Positions 1 to 10,399 of a stretch of 64,000 nt of DNA are shown piece by piece (position 1 is the stretch's first letter; every line of letters starts with the position of its first letter). The notes under the pieces are model-generated. The model did not search any database. It saw only the letters and a program-made list of their open reading frames with translations, and was not told where the DNA came from. The position numbers and the translations under genes were made by a program. Where the stretch lies: assembly GCA_902537945.1 (NCBI GenBank), contig CACBDG010000007.1, positions 3,355 to 67,354 on the forward strand, in the 5' to 3' direction. This DNA is from an uncultured SAR116 cluster alpha proteobacterium. GTDB lineage: Bacteria; Pseudomonadota; Alphaproteobacteria; Puniceispirillales; Marisalimonadaceae.

Positions 1-227
1 GAAGGTACAAGAGCGTTTGGCTCGTGAAATCTCAACTGAACATCGCCACCTGAGATTGACTTAACTTTGTTAGAAAAATAAACAGCTGCTTCACCGTTAA
101 TAGCAACTTGGCTTCCCCAAGTACTTTGCATTTTCCAACGTAGCTTGTCGGCATTTGCTGAGACAGCTACTAAACTAGTTGCAGCTAATGCTACAGCGCC
201 TACGAATAGGCTAGATTTGAATTTCAT
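1..227 (-). CDS. TRAP transporter substrate-binding protein (DctP/TakP-like), 5' part; runs off the window
   Basis: Manual translation MKFKSSLFVGAVALAATSLVAVSANADKLRWKMQSTWG...SGGDVQLRFHEPNALVP: signal peptide plus W(K/R)MQS motif; GGAGG RBS upstream. Confidence 0.8.
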   Translation of the reverse strand, partial: MKFKSSLFVGAVALAATSLVAVSANADKLRWKMQSTWGSQVAINGEAAVYFSNKVKSISGGDVQLRFHEPNALVP

Positions 228-591
228 GAAATTCCTCCCTAGTATTATAAAAAAGGCTATCACCAAGAAATATTAAATCACTCAATAATTGCCCGATTAA
301 AAGAAACAAATGTTTCTCAACTGATTCGTATCTTTCTCAATTATTAGAATAAAGGCAAGTAAAAACTTGCAAAATTTCAATTATTTTTTTTTGCTTGACT
401 TACATTTTTATTATTTTTCCTGTTTTGTTATCTATGAATCAAAAATCCTTAAATGTGATTATTTTTTTGAGCAGAAATAATTGCTTACAAAATATAAAGA
501 AATATTAAATCCATTTAGATAAAAACTCTTATAAGGCAAAGAAAAATTGATAAATTTTCTTTATATAATATATCAAAAATTTATTTAATTT

Positions 592-1401
592 TTAATCATC
601 AAAGTGACCCGATGATGCAAAATAACCACCATGTGTCGTAACTAAAGGATCACTAGAATCAATAAATCCTTCTTTTTTTTCAATTAAACTTCTAAATTCT
701 TCTGCATTATCTTTTGGCTTATAACCAATGTGTTTGGCATACTTATTATCAATTAGCACCGAATCGTTATTTGACACACCGAAAATGATGGAATGTTGTA
801 CATTGGAGCTATTTATACACGCAAGAATAAGACCCCTTAAATCATCATAACTGAGCCATGTAGATAAAATTCTGTGATCTTTAGGTTCCGCTAAACATGA
901 ATATATCCTTACTGATACAGTTTCTATTTTATATTTATCCCAATAATATTGAGCCAATGATTCTCCAAAGACCTTTGATAATCCATAATTACTATCTGGT
1001 CGAGGTGGGACTTTACTGTCAATGACTTCTGACCTTGGATAAAACCCTACAGTATGCACTGAACTTGCCCATATTACTCTTTTAACATTATTTTTTCTGC
1101 ATCCCTCATATAGATTATACATGCCTATAATGTTTGAATTTAAAACATTATCCCAAGAACCTTCTATACTTTGACCACCCATATGAACTATGCAGTCTAT
1201 TTTTTTTGTTAATTTTAATATTGATTCTGTTGAAGCAAGATCAGCAATTTCAACGTCCTCATTATGAAATTTTTTTTCTAAATTTACCTTGTCAGAAATT
1301 CTAAGTAAATCACATTCTTTAGATAGTGTTTCCCTAAGTTGATTACCTAAAGCTCCAGCTGCACCTGTTAAAAGAATATTTTTATATTTATATTTAGACA
1401 A
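592..1401 (-). CDS. NAD(P)-dependent oxidoreductase, uronate dehydrogenase-like extended SDR
   Basis: TGAAGALG Rossmann motif, ASSVHTVGFY, PDSNYGLSK (YxxxK), TWLSYDD; TTG start. Confidence 0.8.
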   Translation of the reverse strand: MSKYKYKNILLTGAAGALGNQLRETLSKECDLLRISDKVNLEKKFHNEDVEIADLASTESILKLTKKIDCIVHMGGQSIEGSWDNVLNSNIIGMYNLYEGCRKNNVKRVIWASSVHTVGFYPRSEVIDSKVPPRPDSNYGLSKVFGESLAQYYWDKYKIETVSVRIYSCLAEPKDHRILSTWLSYDDLRGLILACINSSNVQHSIIFGVSNNDSVLIDNKYAKHIGYKPKDNAEEFRSLIEKKEGFIDSSDPLVTTHGGYFASSGHFDD

Positions 1402-2295
1402 TTATTTAATCCCCTCATTTATTTGGTTTTTTTTATATTCTCTCCAAAAAGTGAATAGCCCTGCTGAAATTACAATTAATGATCCTATGACTATTTCACT
1501 CTCCAGTTTCTCATTAAACATTAATACACCAATTATAGAAACAAAAACTAACTGTAGATATGTAAATGGCTGTAATATTGAAGCCTCACTGTGTTTGAAA
1601 GCATTTATCATCAAAAAATGCCCTCCAGCTCCAAGCATGCAAACTAATAACAACCATATCCAATGCGCGTTATCAACTGGTATGTAAAAGAAAGGCCCTA
1701 TAGAACCCAATATTACAAATCCTGTAATGCCAGTATAAAAAAGACTAGTGTCAGGATCATCTTCACTAGAAACATATCTTGTTAAAATTTGATAGATAGC
1801 GAATGCGATTGCGCATCCCAATGCTATTAGAGATAAGGGGTCGAAGACTTTAGTACCTGGCCGAAGCATAATTAGGATACCTATGAAGCCAATCAATATT
1901 GCACACCACCTTCTCCAACCTACTTTTTCTCCTAAAAAAATTACTGATAATGCTGCAACTATTAGAGGACAACTTGCAAAAATAGCATGTGTCTCTATAA
2001 GACCAATTTTTAAAAAAAGATAGTGAGCAAAACACATCTCTAGAGCAAGAATAGTACCTCTTAAAATTTGGATGAGTCTAAACTTACTTTTTGAAACAAG
2101 AATAATACTTTTATTTCCTGTACTGTTAATTGATATTACAAATAGAAATAAGAAGAAATATCGAAACATATTAATTGCTATTACATTATAATAATCTGTT
2201 AGGTATCTTGTAGCCCCATCCATTACAGACAAACACGATACAGCAGCAATTATAAATAATATGCCTTTTGCATTTGAAGAAATATTAAGAGGCAT
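1402..2295 (-). CDS. DMT/EamA family transporter
   Basis: About 10 hydrophobic segments; LGEKVGWRRW and EASILQPFTY motifs. Confidence 0.85.
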   Translation of the reverse strand: MPLNISSNAKGILFIIAAVSCLSVMDGATRYLTDYYNVIAINMFRYFFLFLFVISINSTGNKSIILVSKSKFRLIQILRGTILALEMCFAHYLFLKIGLIETHAIFASCPLIVAALSVIFLGEKVGWRRWCAILIGFIGILIMLRPGTKVFDPLSLIALGCAIAFAIYQILTRYVSSEDDPDTSLFYTGITGFVILGSIGPFFYIPVDNAHWIWLLLVCMLGAGGHFLMINAFKHSEASILQPFTYLQLVFVSIIGVLMFNEKLESEIVIGSLIVISAGLFTFWREYKKNQINEGIK

Positions 2296-2318
2296 AATTC
2301 ATTTTTTCTTTCTAGGTT

Positions 2319-3203
2319 TCAATAAAAATCGATTGTCCTTTTAATCCCATCTTCAAGAGAAGTATACTTAAATTTTTTAAAAATATTAGAAGGCTCATTT
2401 CCTCTTATTTCATCTACTACACTTAATGGATTGCCATTGATTCCTATATTCGCCAGCGGTATGTTTTTTTTAATTAAATTTATAAAATCACCAACATCAG
2501 CTGTTATTCCATTTATATTAAAAGTTAATGCACCTGAAGGCATTTGAACTATTGACATTTCAACTAAATCCGCGACATCTTCAACAAAAACAAAACCTGC
2601 CTTACCTAAAAAGTTTACAGTATAACTATCTCCTTGTTTTGCCGCCTTACAGGCTAAGGTTACCCCTGCAGTTCCCCCAACTTCTCTTCCTGGGCCATAA
2701 ATTACATATGGCCTAATTCCAACACTTGAAATACCAGCTTCATTAAAATACGCCCTTGCAACCCCCTCAACCGCTAACTTATATGCACCGTAATGGGTTT
2801 CTGGAAATGGGTAATAATGATCTTTTTGTCCAAAAACACCTGCACTGCTTGCATAAACTAAAAACTTGATATTATTTTTTTTCAAAGCTTCAAAAACATT
2901 TATTGAGCCGAGGAGATTTACTTTGGCGCCTAAAATAGGATTTGAACTACAATCTGGGGTCATTAACCCAGCCAAATTTATAACATGGTCCATATTGCTG
3001 GCTGCTTCTTGGACCTGATCATAATTTGTTATATCACCATTAATAAATTTAATTTTATTAATATCCTCACCAACAACAAGGCTGACTAATTCTTTTTGGA
3101 TTTTTAAGTCAAAAACTGAAACGCTATAACCCTTTTTTAAAAAGGCTCTTACTATCCAGCTTCCTAAAAATCCACATCCTCCAAAAATGATAATTTTTCC
3201 CAT
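2319..3203 (-). CDS. NAD-dependent epimerase/dehydratase
   Basis: GGCGFLG; YGAYK (YxxxK); IYGPGR. Confidence 0.85.
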   Translation of the reverse strand: MGKIIIFGGCGFLGSWIVRAFLKKGYSVSVFDLKIQKELVSLVVGEDINKIKFINGDITNYDQVQEAASNMDHVINLAGLMTPDCSSNPILGAKVNLLGSINVFEALKKNNIKFLVYASSAGVFGQKDHYYPFPETHYGAYKLAVEGVARAYFNEAGISSVGIRPYVIYGPGREVGGTAGVTLACKAAKQGDSYTVNFLGKAGFVFVEDVADLVEMSIVQMPSGALTFNINGITADVGDFINLIKKNIPLANIGINGNPLSVVDEIRGNEPSNIFKKFKYTSLEDGIKRTIDFY

Positions 3204-4178
3204 TTAAACTCTCTTTTTAAATACCATTGAGTTAGCAGCTTTTCCTATTTCTTTAATACATTCTATAGCTTTAGGAAAATGTAGAGAATTCGACAAAAAA
3301 CCATGTATCTGACCAGGATATAATTTATAAGTCACTTTATTACCAAAGCTTTTTAATCTATTTGTGTAAGCTATTCCTTCATCCAGCAAAGGATCCAACC
3401 CAGCCGCAAATATGAATGTTTCAGGGAGATTATAAAGATCCTTGGCAAAGAGCGGTGATGCTTCCCACTTTACTGCATCATTACTTGAATTAAGATAATG
3501 TTTAACAAAATAGTCCATAGTATCAAAAGTTAAAGTCATGCCTTCTAGAAAAATATCCATAGATCTCATTGTTAACGTAAGATCCACACAAGGATATACC
3601 AATATCTGGCCTCTTATCGGAATTACCTTTTTGTCCCTTGAGTTAATAGCCAAAACAGTTGCTAAATTACCACCAGCGCTATCTCCACATACGAAAATAT
3701 TTTCAAGATCAATAAAAAAATCTTTTTCATAATTTATAAGGTTATTAAGAACATCCTTAACCTCTTCTAATGCATAGGGAAACTTATGTTCTGGGGACAA
3801 ACTATAATCCACAGCCACAACAATCATTTGAGACTCTAAACAAATTGATCTGCAAGTAAAGTCATGAGTATCAAGGTCCCCCATTACAAAACCACCTCCA
3901 TGAAAAAATACTATAACTGGAATTTTAGTTTTTTTATTAAAGCTATTTGGAAAATAAAATCTTAATTTAATATCTTTGTTAAATTGGTTTTTTATTTTTA
4001 AATTTTCTAAATTATAAATTTTTGGAGGTGTTAAATTATCTTCCCTTAACTGTCTCAAACGTTCAGCTCTTAATTCTACAGGATTTAATAAGTGATGTAA
4101 TTTTGAATTATTTTTAATACGATTTTTTAAAAAAATATCAGTTTCTTTATCAATTATCATTGAATTATGTATTCCCAT
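3204..4178 (-). CDS. Alpha/beta hydrolase (HSL-family esterase)
   Basis: HGGGF oxyanion motif, GDSAGG nucleophile elbow, DPLLD, HGF. Confidence 0.9.
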   Translation of the reverse strand: MGIHNSMIIDKETDIFLKNRIKNNSKLHHLLNPVELRAERLRQLREDNLTPPKIYNLENLKIKNQFNKDIKLRFYFPNSFNKKTKIPVIVFFHGGGFVMGDLDTHDFTCRSICLESQMIVVAVDYSLSPEHKFPYALEEVKDVLNNLINYEKDFFIDLENIFVCGDSAGGNLATVLAINSRDKKVIPIRGQILVYPCVDLTLTMRSMDIFLEGMTLTFDTMDYFVKHYLNSSNDAVKWEASPLFAKDLYNLPETFIFAAGLDPLLDEGIAYTNRLKSFGNKVTYKLYPGQIHGFLSNSLHFPKAIECIKEIGKAANSMVFKKRV

Positions 4179-4266
4179 ACTGATTTATTTTGTTCTTTTA
4201 GCTTTATATTTTAAATAAAGTTTATTTATAATAAAAAATCTAGTGAATTTTTTTTAGGAGAAAAAC

Positions 4267-5151
4267 ATGACTGCATTAAAAGGAATTATTGCACCTTTTA
4301 CAACTCCATTTAAGGCAAATGGAGAAATTAATCTTACTTTGATAAAGCCACAAGTGGATTGGTTAATTGAAAATGGTGTTCATGGTTTAGCTGCTGGAGG
4401 TAGCACAGGTGAAGGTCATGCTTTAAGTCAAGAAGAGTATTTGTCCCTAATGATGGAAACTGCTTCATCTTTAGATGGCAGGGTCCCTTTGGTTGCTGGT
4501 ATTATTGCAAATTCGACATCTGAAGTAATTGAAAGAGGTAAGTCAGTAAAGTCTCTTAACGTTGCAGCCCTTCAAATAACACCACCAAGCTATTTATTTA
4601 GACCTGACGATGACGCAATGGTAAGACATTTTAAAGAGATACATGATGAATGCCAGATACCAATATTAATTTATAATGTTGTACCTTGGTGCTATTTATC
4701 ACCAGATTTACTATTAAGAATTATGGATGAAATCCCAGGAGTTTTAGGGGTAAAACAAAGCGCTGGTGATATGAAACTTTTTGCTGACCTAATTAGAAGA
4801 GCAAAACCTAAAAATGTAATTTTCAGTGCTGTTGATGCTCTACTTTACTTATCATACAAATTGGGAGCCCCAGGATCAATTGCAGCGATTTTAACTGCTG
4901 CCCCAGGACCATCTGTCAAATTATGGGACGCTGTCATAGATCAAGATTGGGAAACTGCAAAGGATCTTCATGAAAAACTAATGCCTTTATGGGATGCAAT
5001 TGGCTTAGATAATATGCCATCTCTATGTAAATATGCTCAAAGTTTACAAGGTCTTGAAAGTGGTTTTGCCAGAAGGCCAACCTCTCCTGCAACTGCTGAT
5101 CAGAAAGAAAAAGTGAAAGAAGCCCTAATTAAGCTAAACCTCATAAAATAA
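4267..5151 (+). CDS. Dihydrodipicolinate synthase (DapA/NAL) family aldolase/dehydratase
   Basis: GSTGE motif, IYNV, Schiff-base Lys in GVKQS. Confidence 0.85.
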   Translation: MTALKGIIAPFTTPFKANGEINLTLIKPQVDWLIENGVHGLAAGGSTGEGHALSQEEYLSLMMETASSLDGRVPLVAGIIANSTSEVIERGKSVKSLNVAALQITPPSYLFRPDDDAMVRHFKEIHDECQIPILIYNVVPWCYLSPDLLLRIMDEIPGVLGVKQSAGDMKLFADLIRRAKPKNVIFSAVDALLYLSYKLGAPGSIAAILTAAPGPSVKLWDAVIDQDWETAKDLHEKLMPLWDAIGLDNMPSLCKYAQSLQGLESGFARRPTSPATADQKEKVKEALIKLNLIK

Positions 5152-5167
5152 CATTGGGAGGATAAAC

Positions 5168-6124
5168 ATGAACCTTAATTATCCAAAGCCAACAGTATCA
5201 ATAGAAGTTGCAAAAACTGACTTAAAAAAATGGGGTTATTGTTTACTTAAAAATGCTATTCCACCAGATCTAAATAACAGAGCTATGGAAAGGCTAATTG
5301 AACAGGCTAATGCAGAAAAAGAATTAAATCTTGCATACGAGGATGGCAGTGAAAAAAAGAAATGGGGTGATTTCAATAATAATACTGATGCCCCCGGGGT
5401 AAACCAACGAGTATGGATGTTGCCAAATAAAGGTAGAGTATTTTTAAATATTTTAGCAAAACACAATTATATGGATTGCGTAAAAGAAATTGTTGGAGAT
5501 GAATTCCTAGTTTCAAGCTTTGGAGCAAATATTGCTAAGCCTGGTGGCGTAGCGATGGATCTTCATACTGATCAATGGTGGTTTCCAGACCCAGTCAATC
5601 GAAATGATGATTTTTTACCTCCAGGATCTATTAAAAGAAATAAATTTAATATCAAAATCAATGAAAATATTTGTAACAACGAACTTATTTCAAGGCCAGC
5701 TGTAACTAATGTTTTAATAATGCTAAATGGAATGAGTAAAGAGAATGGGGGTACGCGCATTGTCCCAAGATCTCATTTATTTGGACGTCATCCAGATAAA
5801 GTTTTAGATAAAGATATAGAAGTAATATCTGCTGAAGGTCCTCCTGGTTGTGCTATTATTACCGATGGTAGGGTATGGCATGGAACAGGTGCTAATATTA
5901 CAAAGGATAATAGGCTTGCGCTATTAATAACTTTTTGTGGTCCACAATTTAGGCCTCAAGAAAATTTTACCTTGGGTATAAAAAAAGAAGTTTTTTCAAA
6001 TTTAAATGACTATCAAAAAGAATTACTAGGGTTTAAAGTTTGGAATGGATACGGAAGAATTGGAAATCCTACTGATATATTTCTTGATATAGAAAACCAT
6101 AAAATTGGTGAATTAAAAATTTAA
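5168..6124 (+). CDS. Phytanoyl-CoA dioxygenase (PhyH) family Fe(II)/2-oxoglutarate dioxygenase
   Basis: LHTD (HxD), ENGGTRIVPRSH, WHGTGAN, RPQEN. Confidence 0.85.
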   Translation: MNLNYPKPTVSIEVAKTDLKKWGYCLLKNAIPPDLNNRAMERLIEQANAEKELNLAYEDGSEKKKWGDFNNNTDAPGVNQRVWMLPNKGRVFLNILAKHNYMDCVKEIVGDEFLVSSFGANIAKPGGVAMDLHTDQWWFPDPVNRNDDFLPPGSIKRNKFNIKINENICNNELISRPAVTNVLIMLNGMSKENGGTRIVPRSHLFGRHPDKVLDKDIEVISAEGPPGCAIITDGRVWHGTGANITKDNRLALLITFCGPQFRPQENFTLGIKKEVFSNLNDYQKELLGFKVWNGYGRIGNPTDIFLDIENHKIGELKI

Positions 6125-6185
6125 ACTATTGCCTAAACTTTATTTAAGTATCATAAAATCTACCTAACGATTAGATAGGTTTCTT

Positions 6186-7415
6186 ATGAATTTTATAATT
6201 GAAAATGCTAGATGGTTGTTAGCTACAGCTCTTTTGTATTTTTGTTCCTGTTTTGGGCAAACTTTTTTTATCTCATTATTTGCTGGCAAAATTAGACAAG
6301 CATTTGATTTATCTCATGGCGATTGGGGCGCCATCTACTCTGGGGGAACATTAGTTTCTGCTATGGCTATGTTAGTTTTTGGGGGCTACGTTGATAAATA
6401 TAAAATTACATCAAACATAAAAATTGTAATTATTTGCTTAAGTCTCCTTTGCTTAAGCATGACCTTTATTGAGATTGTTTGGCTTCTTCCATTAATAATT
6501 TTTGGTCTCAGATTTTTTGGTCAAGGAATGCTAATACACATACCTGCAGTGGCTATAGGTAAATGGTATGGGAAAAACAAAGGTAAAGCTTTATCTTTAT
6601 CAATAATGGGATTTTCAATTGGGGAAGCAATATTCCCAGTAGTGTTTGTGAGTTTGTTTACAATTATTGGCTGGAGAAATAGTTGGGTTGTTGGAATGCT
6701 TATATTGTTATTCTTATTACCTGTGATATTGAAGTTATTATCCAATGAAAGAATTCCTAACAGTAAACAAGAGAACATTTCTAATCAATTAGGAATGCAG
6801 AATAAGCATTGGACCAGAAAAGAAGCTCTTAATCATTGGGTGTTTTGGGCTGTCATAGTGCCTTTTTTAATTCCTCCAATTTTTTCTACTGCCTTCTTTT
6901 TTAATATGGTTCACTTAACAGAAATTAAAGATTGGTCTTTAATTTCTTTCACTGCCCTATTCCCATTCTATACTTCAATGTCCATTTTCACTACCTTATG
7001 CTCTGGTTGGATACTAGATAAATTTGGTGTTGAAAAAATTTTACCATTCTACTTACTACCAATGTCCTTAGGATTGTTGATAATTTCTTTCGGTAACTCA
7101 TATCTTCATGCAATGATTGGACTTGCCTTTCTAGGAATGACCCAAGGATTAGCAATGACAATCGGGGGAACTTTTTGGCCAAATTACTATGGAACAAAAA
7201 ATTTGGGATCTGTTAGATCTTTATCAACATCAACAATGGTGTTTGGGACTTCATTGGGTCCAGCAATAGTAGGTATACTATTAGATTTTGGACATAATTA
7301 TAATTATATTTTATTAGGAATGTGTATATTAGCTATGTTTGCAAGTATTTCTCTAGCTATTACAATGAAGCATGCACCAAAACTATTATGTAACAATATC
7401 AAGAAGGGAGCTTAA
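6186..7415 (+). CDS. MFS transporter
   Basis: About 12 TM segments; FGQTFFISLF and GWILDKFG motifs. Confidence 0.85.
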   Translation: MNFIIENARWLLATALLYFCSCFGQTFFISLFAGKIRQAFDLSHGDWGAIYSGGTLVSAMAMLVFGGYVDKYKITSNIKIVIICLSLLCLSMTFIEIVWLLPLIIFGLRFFGQGMLIHIPAVAIGKWYGKNKGKALSLSIMGFSIGEAIFPVVFVSLFTIIGWRNSWVVGMLILLFLLPVILKLLSNERIPNSKQENISNQLGMQNKHWTRKEALNHWVFWAVIVPFLIPPIFSTAFFFNMVHLTEIKDWSLISFTALFPFYTSMSIFTTLCSGWILDKFGVEKILPFYLLPMSLGLLIISFGNSYLHAMIGLAFLGMTQGLAMTIGGTFWPNYYGTKNLGSVRSLSTSTMVFGTSLGPAIVGILLDFGHNYNYILLGMCILAMFASISLAITMKHAPKLLCNNIKKGA

Positions 7416-7416
7416 T

Positions 7417-7866
7417 ATGTTGAACATTTATCTTTCAGGAGAAATTCACACTGATTGGCGTGAAGAAATAATTAATTTATGCAAAAATGAAAATTTAAAT
7501 ATTTCTTTTTCCTCTCCAATAACAAATCATGAAGCGTCTGATAATTGTGGAGTAGAAATATTAGGACAAGAAGAAAAGAATTTCTGGAAAGACAGTAAAG
7601 GTGCTAATATTAACTCTATAAAAACAAGAAAAGCAATTAAAGATGCTGATATTGTTATTGTTAAATTTGGAGAAAAATATAAACAATGGAATGCAGCTTT
7701 TGATGCTGGTTTTGCTGCAGCTTTAAACAAATCTATAATTGTAATCCATAATGATGAACATCAACATGCATTGAAAGAAGTAGATGCAGCAGCATCTTCT
7801 GTTGCAAAAGATCAATATCAAGTTGTAAGAATCCTAAAATATATTCTAAAAGGTTCGCTAAATTAA
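7417..7866 (+). CDS. YtoQ family protein
   Basis: IYLSGEIHTDWR, YKQWNAAFDAG, HALKEVDAAA; start set at ATG 7417 behind a GGGAG RBS. Confidence 0.85.
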   Translation: MLNIYLSGEIHTDWREEIINLCKNENLNISFSSPITNHEASDNCGVEILGQEEKNFWKDSKGANINSIKTRKAIKDADIVIVKFGEKYKQWNAAFDAGFAAALNKSIIVIHNDEHQHALKEVDAAASSVAKDQYQVVRILKYILKGSLN

Positions 7867-7885
7867 ACTAAGTTAGAAAATTTTA

Positions 7886-8350
7886 ATGTTTCATATAATT
7901 TTATATAATCCTGAAATCCCGCCTAATACAGGTAATATTATGAGGTTAGCAGCTAATACTGGCGCTCAATTACATTTAATTAGACCATTAGGTTTTAATC
8001 TAAGTAATAGTTCACTTAAAAGAGCCGGCCTAGATTATAAAAGAGATGCAGATTTTTTTTTACATGATAGTTTTGATTTATGTTTAAATTCAATAAAGTC
8101 TAATGAAATTTATGCATTCACCAAATTTGCTAAAAAAACTTTTACTAAAATAAAATTTAAAAGAAATGATTGCTTCTTATTTGGAAGTGAGACCAGCGGA
8201 TTACCTAATAAAATCTTAAATAAAATAAAAGTTACAAATAGACTTAGGATACCCATGATTATGAATAGTAGAAGTCTTAATTTAAGTAACTCCGTGGCAA
8301 TAACAGTTTATGAAGGACTAAGACAAAATAAGTTTGAAAATTTAGTTTAA
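7886..8350 (+). CDS. trmL: tRNA (cytidine/uridine(34)-2'-O)-methyltransferase
   Basis: PEIPPNTGNI, RAGLDY, FGSETSGLP, RSLNLSN. Confidence 0.93.
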   Translation: MFHIILYNPEIPPNTGNIMRLAANTGAQLHLIRPLGFNLSNSSLKRAGLDYKRDADFFLHDSFDLCLNSIKSNEIYAFTKFAKKTFTKIKFKRNDCFLFGSETSGLPNKILNKIKVTNRLRIPMIMNSRSLNLSNSVAITVYEGLRQNKFENLV

Positions 8351-8377
8351 AGTTTAGTTTAAGGTTTAAGTTTAAAT

Positions 8378-9010
8378 ATGAGCATTTATGAATGGCTGTC
8401 TATTGCACTTATTTGTATAATAGGTGCAACAACACCTGGACCAAGTGTTTTAGTAATAATTTACATAAATAATACTAGAGGCTTTTTATCAGGAATCATT
8501 GCTTCATTAGCGCATGGGCTTGGTATATTTATTTATGCTCTAATCTCTATTTACACTTTAAGTTTGATTGATAAAAATTTACCCTCAATAATACCATTGA
8601 TTCAATTAATGGGTGCGATATTTCTTATATTTTTTGGTTATAAAATGATGTTTTTTGAAACAAATGAAAAAAACATTAACAAAAATTATATAATATCAAA
8701 AAAAATTACAGATAGTTTTTTTTTGGGACTTACAACATCTTTAATTAACCCTAAAATTCTAATTTTTTTTACATCTGTTTTTAGTCAGTTTATAAATAAT
8801 GACTTTAATGACTATAACAAAGTTGGGATTGGATTATTAACAGGAATAGTTGACACAGTCTGGTATATTTTAGTTTCCTACTCAGTTAACCTTCCAAAAT
8901 TAAAAAATTACATTATCCTTAATCAAAAAATAATTTTTTTATTTTTTGGGTTTATTTTAATTATTTTTTCTATTTATTTAGTTAGTATTTCAATTGATTA
9001 TTTTATTTGA
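8378..9010 (+). CDS. LysE family translocator
   Basis: TPGPS and NPKILIFF motifs; hydrophobic. Confidence 0.85.
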   Translation: MSIYEWLSIALICIIGATTPGPSVLVIIYINNTRGFLSGIIASLAHGLGIFIYALISIYTLSLIDKNLPSIIPLIQLMGAIFLIFFGYKMMFFETNEKNINKNYIISKKITDSFFLGLTTSLINPKILIFFTSVFSQFINNDFNDYNKVGIGLLTGIVDTVWYILVSYSVNLPKLKNYIILNQKIIFLFFGFILIIFSIYLVSISIDYFI

Positions 9011-10384
9011 TAATCTATTAGGCTCATTATCTGAAGATATTTTTAAAACATCATAATTTTGATTATTTTCTATTTTCATCCAATCAATAGTACTTAATTG
9101 ATCACATTTTGGGCAATGTAATTCCCAATTATGATTTTTATTTCCACAGGAATAACAAAAATAATTATATCCTTCTTTAGCGCTTGCAGCTTTTTCAAGA
9201 TAATTCTTAACTGCTTCAGGATTATTTTGAGATCCAGCTATATCAGCCAACGCTTGATATGCTTTGGTTGTAAGTTTATCTTTGGGAATATCTTTTAATA
9301 GTTTTTCAGCCTCTCCCCAAATTTCTTCAGAAATAGCATAACATGCAACTTCTATTTTAAGATCATTTTTAATTTCTTGGGAAGATTTTTTATTCAAAAG
9401 ATTAATCGCTTTTGAAACACGGGATCCTGATGTTTTTAAATTCCATTTTTTTGATAGTTCTTCTAAAATATCTGGGTTAGCAGTTAATAAAAAAGTTCTT
9501 TCTAGTTGATCGATTGACTTTGTCTTTGAACCAATACCCTTAAGCAGGCCTGACAACTTTACAGAAGCTCCAATATGACTTGGTTTTTGTTTAAAGGCTT
9601 CTTTTAAATGATTGGTAGCAAGATAACTTTTTTCATCTTTTAAGTAATCCAATGCCTTTAAGTAATTTAAATCCGCAGATATATTTTTGTATATATTATC
9701 TTCCATATAATTCAGTTTTTTTAATTTATTGAGGTATACAAGAGAATTTGAAATATCTTTCAGCTTTGCATATGAAAATAATAAAACTTCTAAAATTTGT
9801 TTTGACTTCGGTTCAAATTTAAGAGCCTTTAGGCCTTCATTAATAATTTCATTCAAATCTTTTTTATCAAATATTGCTTGTCTCATAAGTGCTAAATGAC
9901 CAACAAATGCTGTAGATGGTTCATCAGTAAGCTGTTTAAAATAATTTTTTGATAATTCTTCATTTTCATTAGAGTTTTTGTTTATTTTGTTAAAGACATT
10001 AATGTGTGTGTTTAATAATTTACCCAAATTTTTATCTTTAGTATTCCTTGATACTAAAGCAGCTTCTTTTGCTGCAGTTTCTAATTCTCCATGACTTGCT
10101 AATAAAAATGCCTTTACTAATTTTTGTTCGACTTTTTTATTATTGTTAGCTTCAAATCGTCTTAATGTCGCTTTTGGCAAATTCAAAAAAGCTAGCCAAA
10201 TTCTGTCAATAAAGATTAAAATTACAGAAAACAAAATAATAATTAGAATAAACCTGTCTGTAGGTATTTGAATTCCCCACTCCATCCAATTTATAGATGT
10301 TAATCCAGGACGCTCAGAAAAGAACTCTGATAAATACCATATGATGGAAATAAATATAATTAGTTTTAAGATTTTAAAAATCAC
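8990..10384 (-). CDS. hemY: HemY-like TPR membrane protein
   Basis: Two N-terminal TMs, TPR-like helices, C-terminal CxxC...CPxC; located in the hemC-hemD operon. Confidence 0.75.
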   Translation of the reverse strand: MIFKILKLIIFISIIWYLSEFFSERPGLTSINWMEWGIQIPTDRFILIIILFSVILIFIDRIWLAFLNLPKATLRRFEANNNKKVEQKLVKAFLLASHGELETAAKEAALVSRNTKDKNLGKLLNTHINVFNKINKNSNENEELSKNYFKQLTDEPSTAFVGHLALMRQAIFDKKDLNEIINEGLKALKFEPKSKQILEVLLFSYAKLKDISNSLVYLNKLKKLNYMEDNIYKNISADLNYLKALDYLKDEKSYLATNHLKEAFKQKPSHIGASVKLSGLLKGIGSKTKSIDQLERTFLLTANPDILEELSKKWNLKTSGSRVSKAINLLNKKSSQEIKNDLKIEVACYAISEEIWGEAEKLLKDIPKDKLTTKAYQALADIAGSQNNPEAVKNYLEKAASAKEGYNYFCYSCGNKNHNWELHCPKCDQLSTIDWMKIENNQNYDVLKISSDNEPNRLSNKIIN

Positions 10385-10399
10385 TTATTCACTCTTTGT

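Noticed and set aside
8341-8376. GTTTA(A/G) tandem repeats; similar TTTTTTAA runs at 18070-18105
   Set aside because: Low-complexity sequence expected in an AT-rich genome
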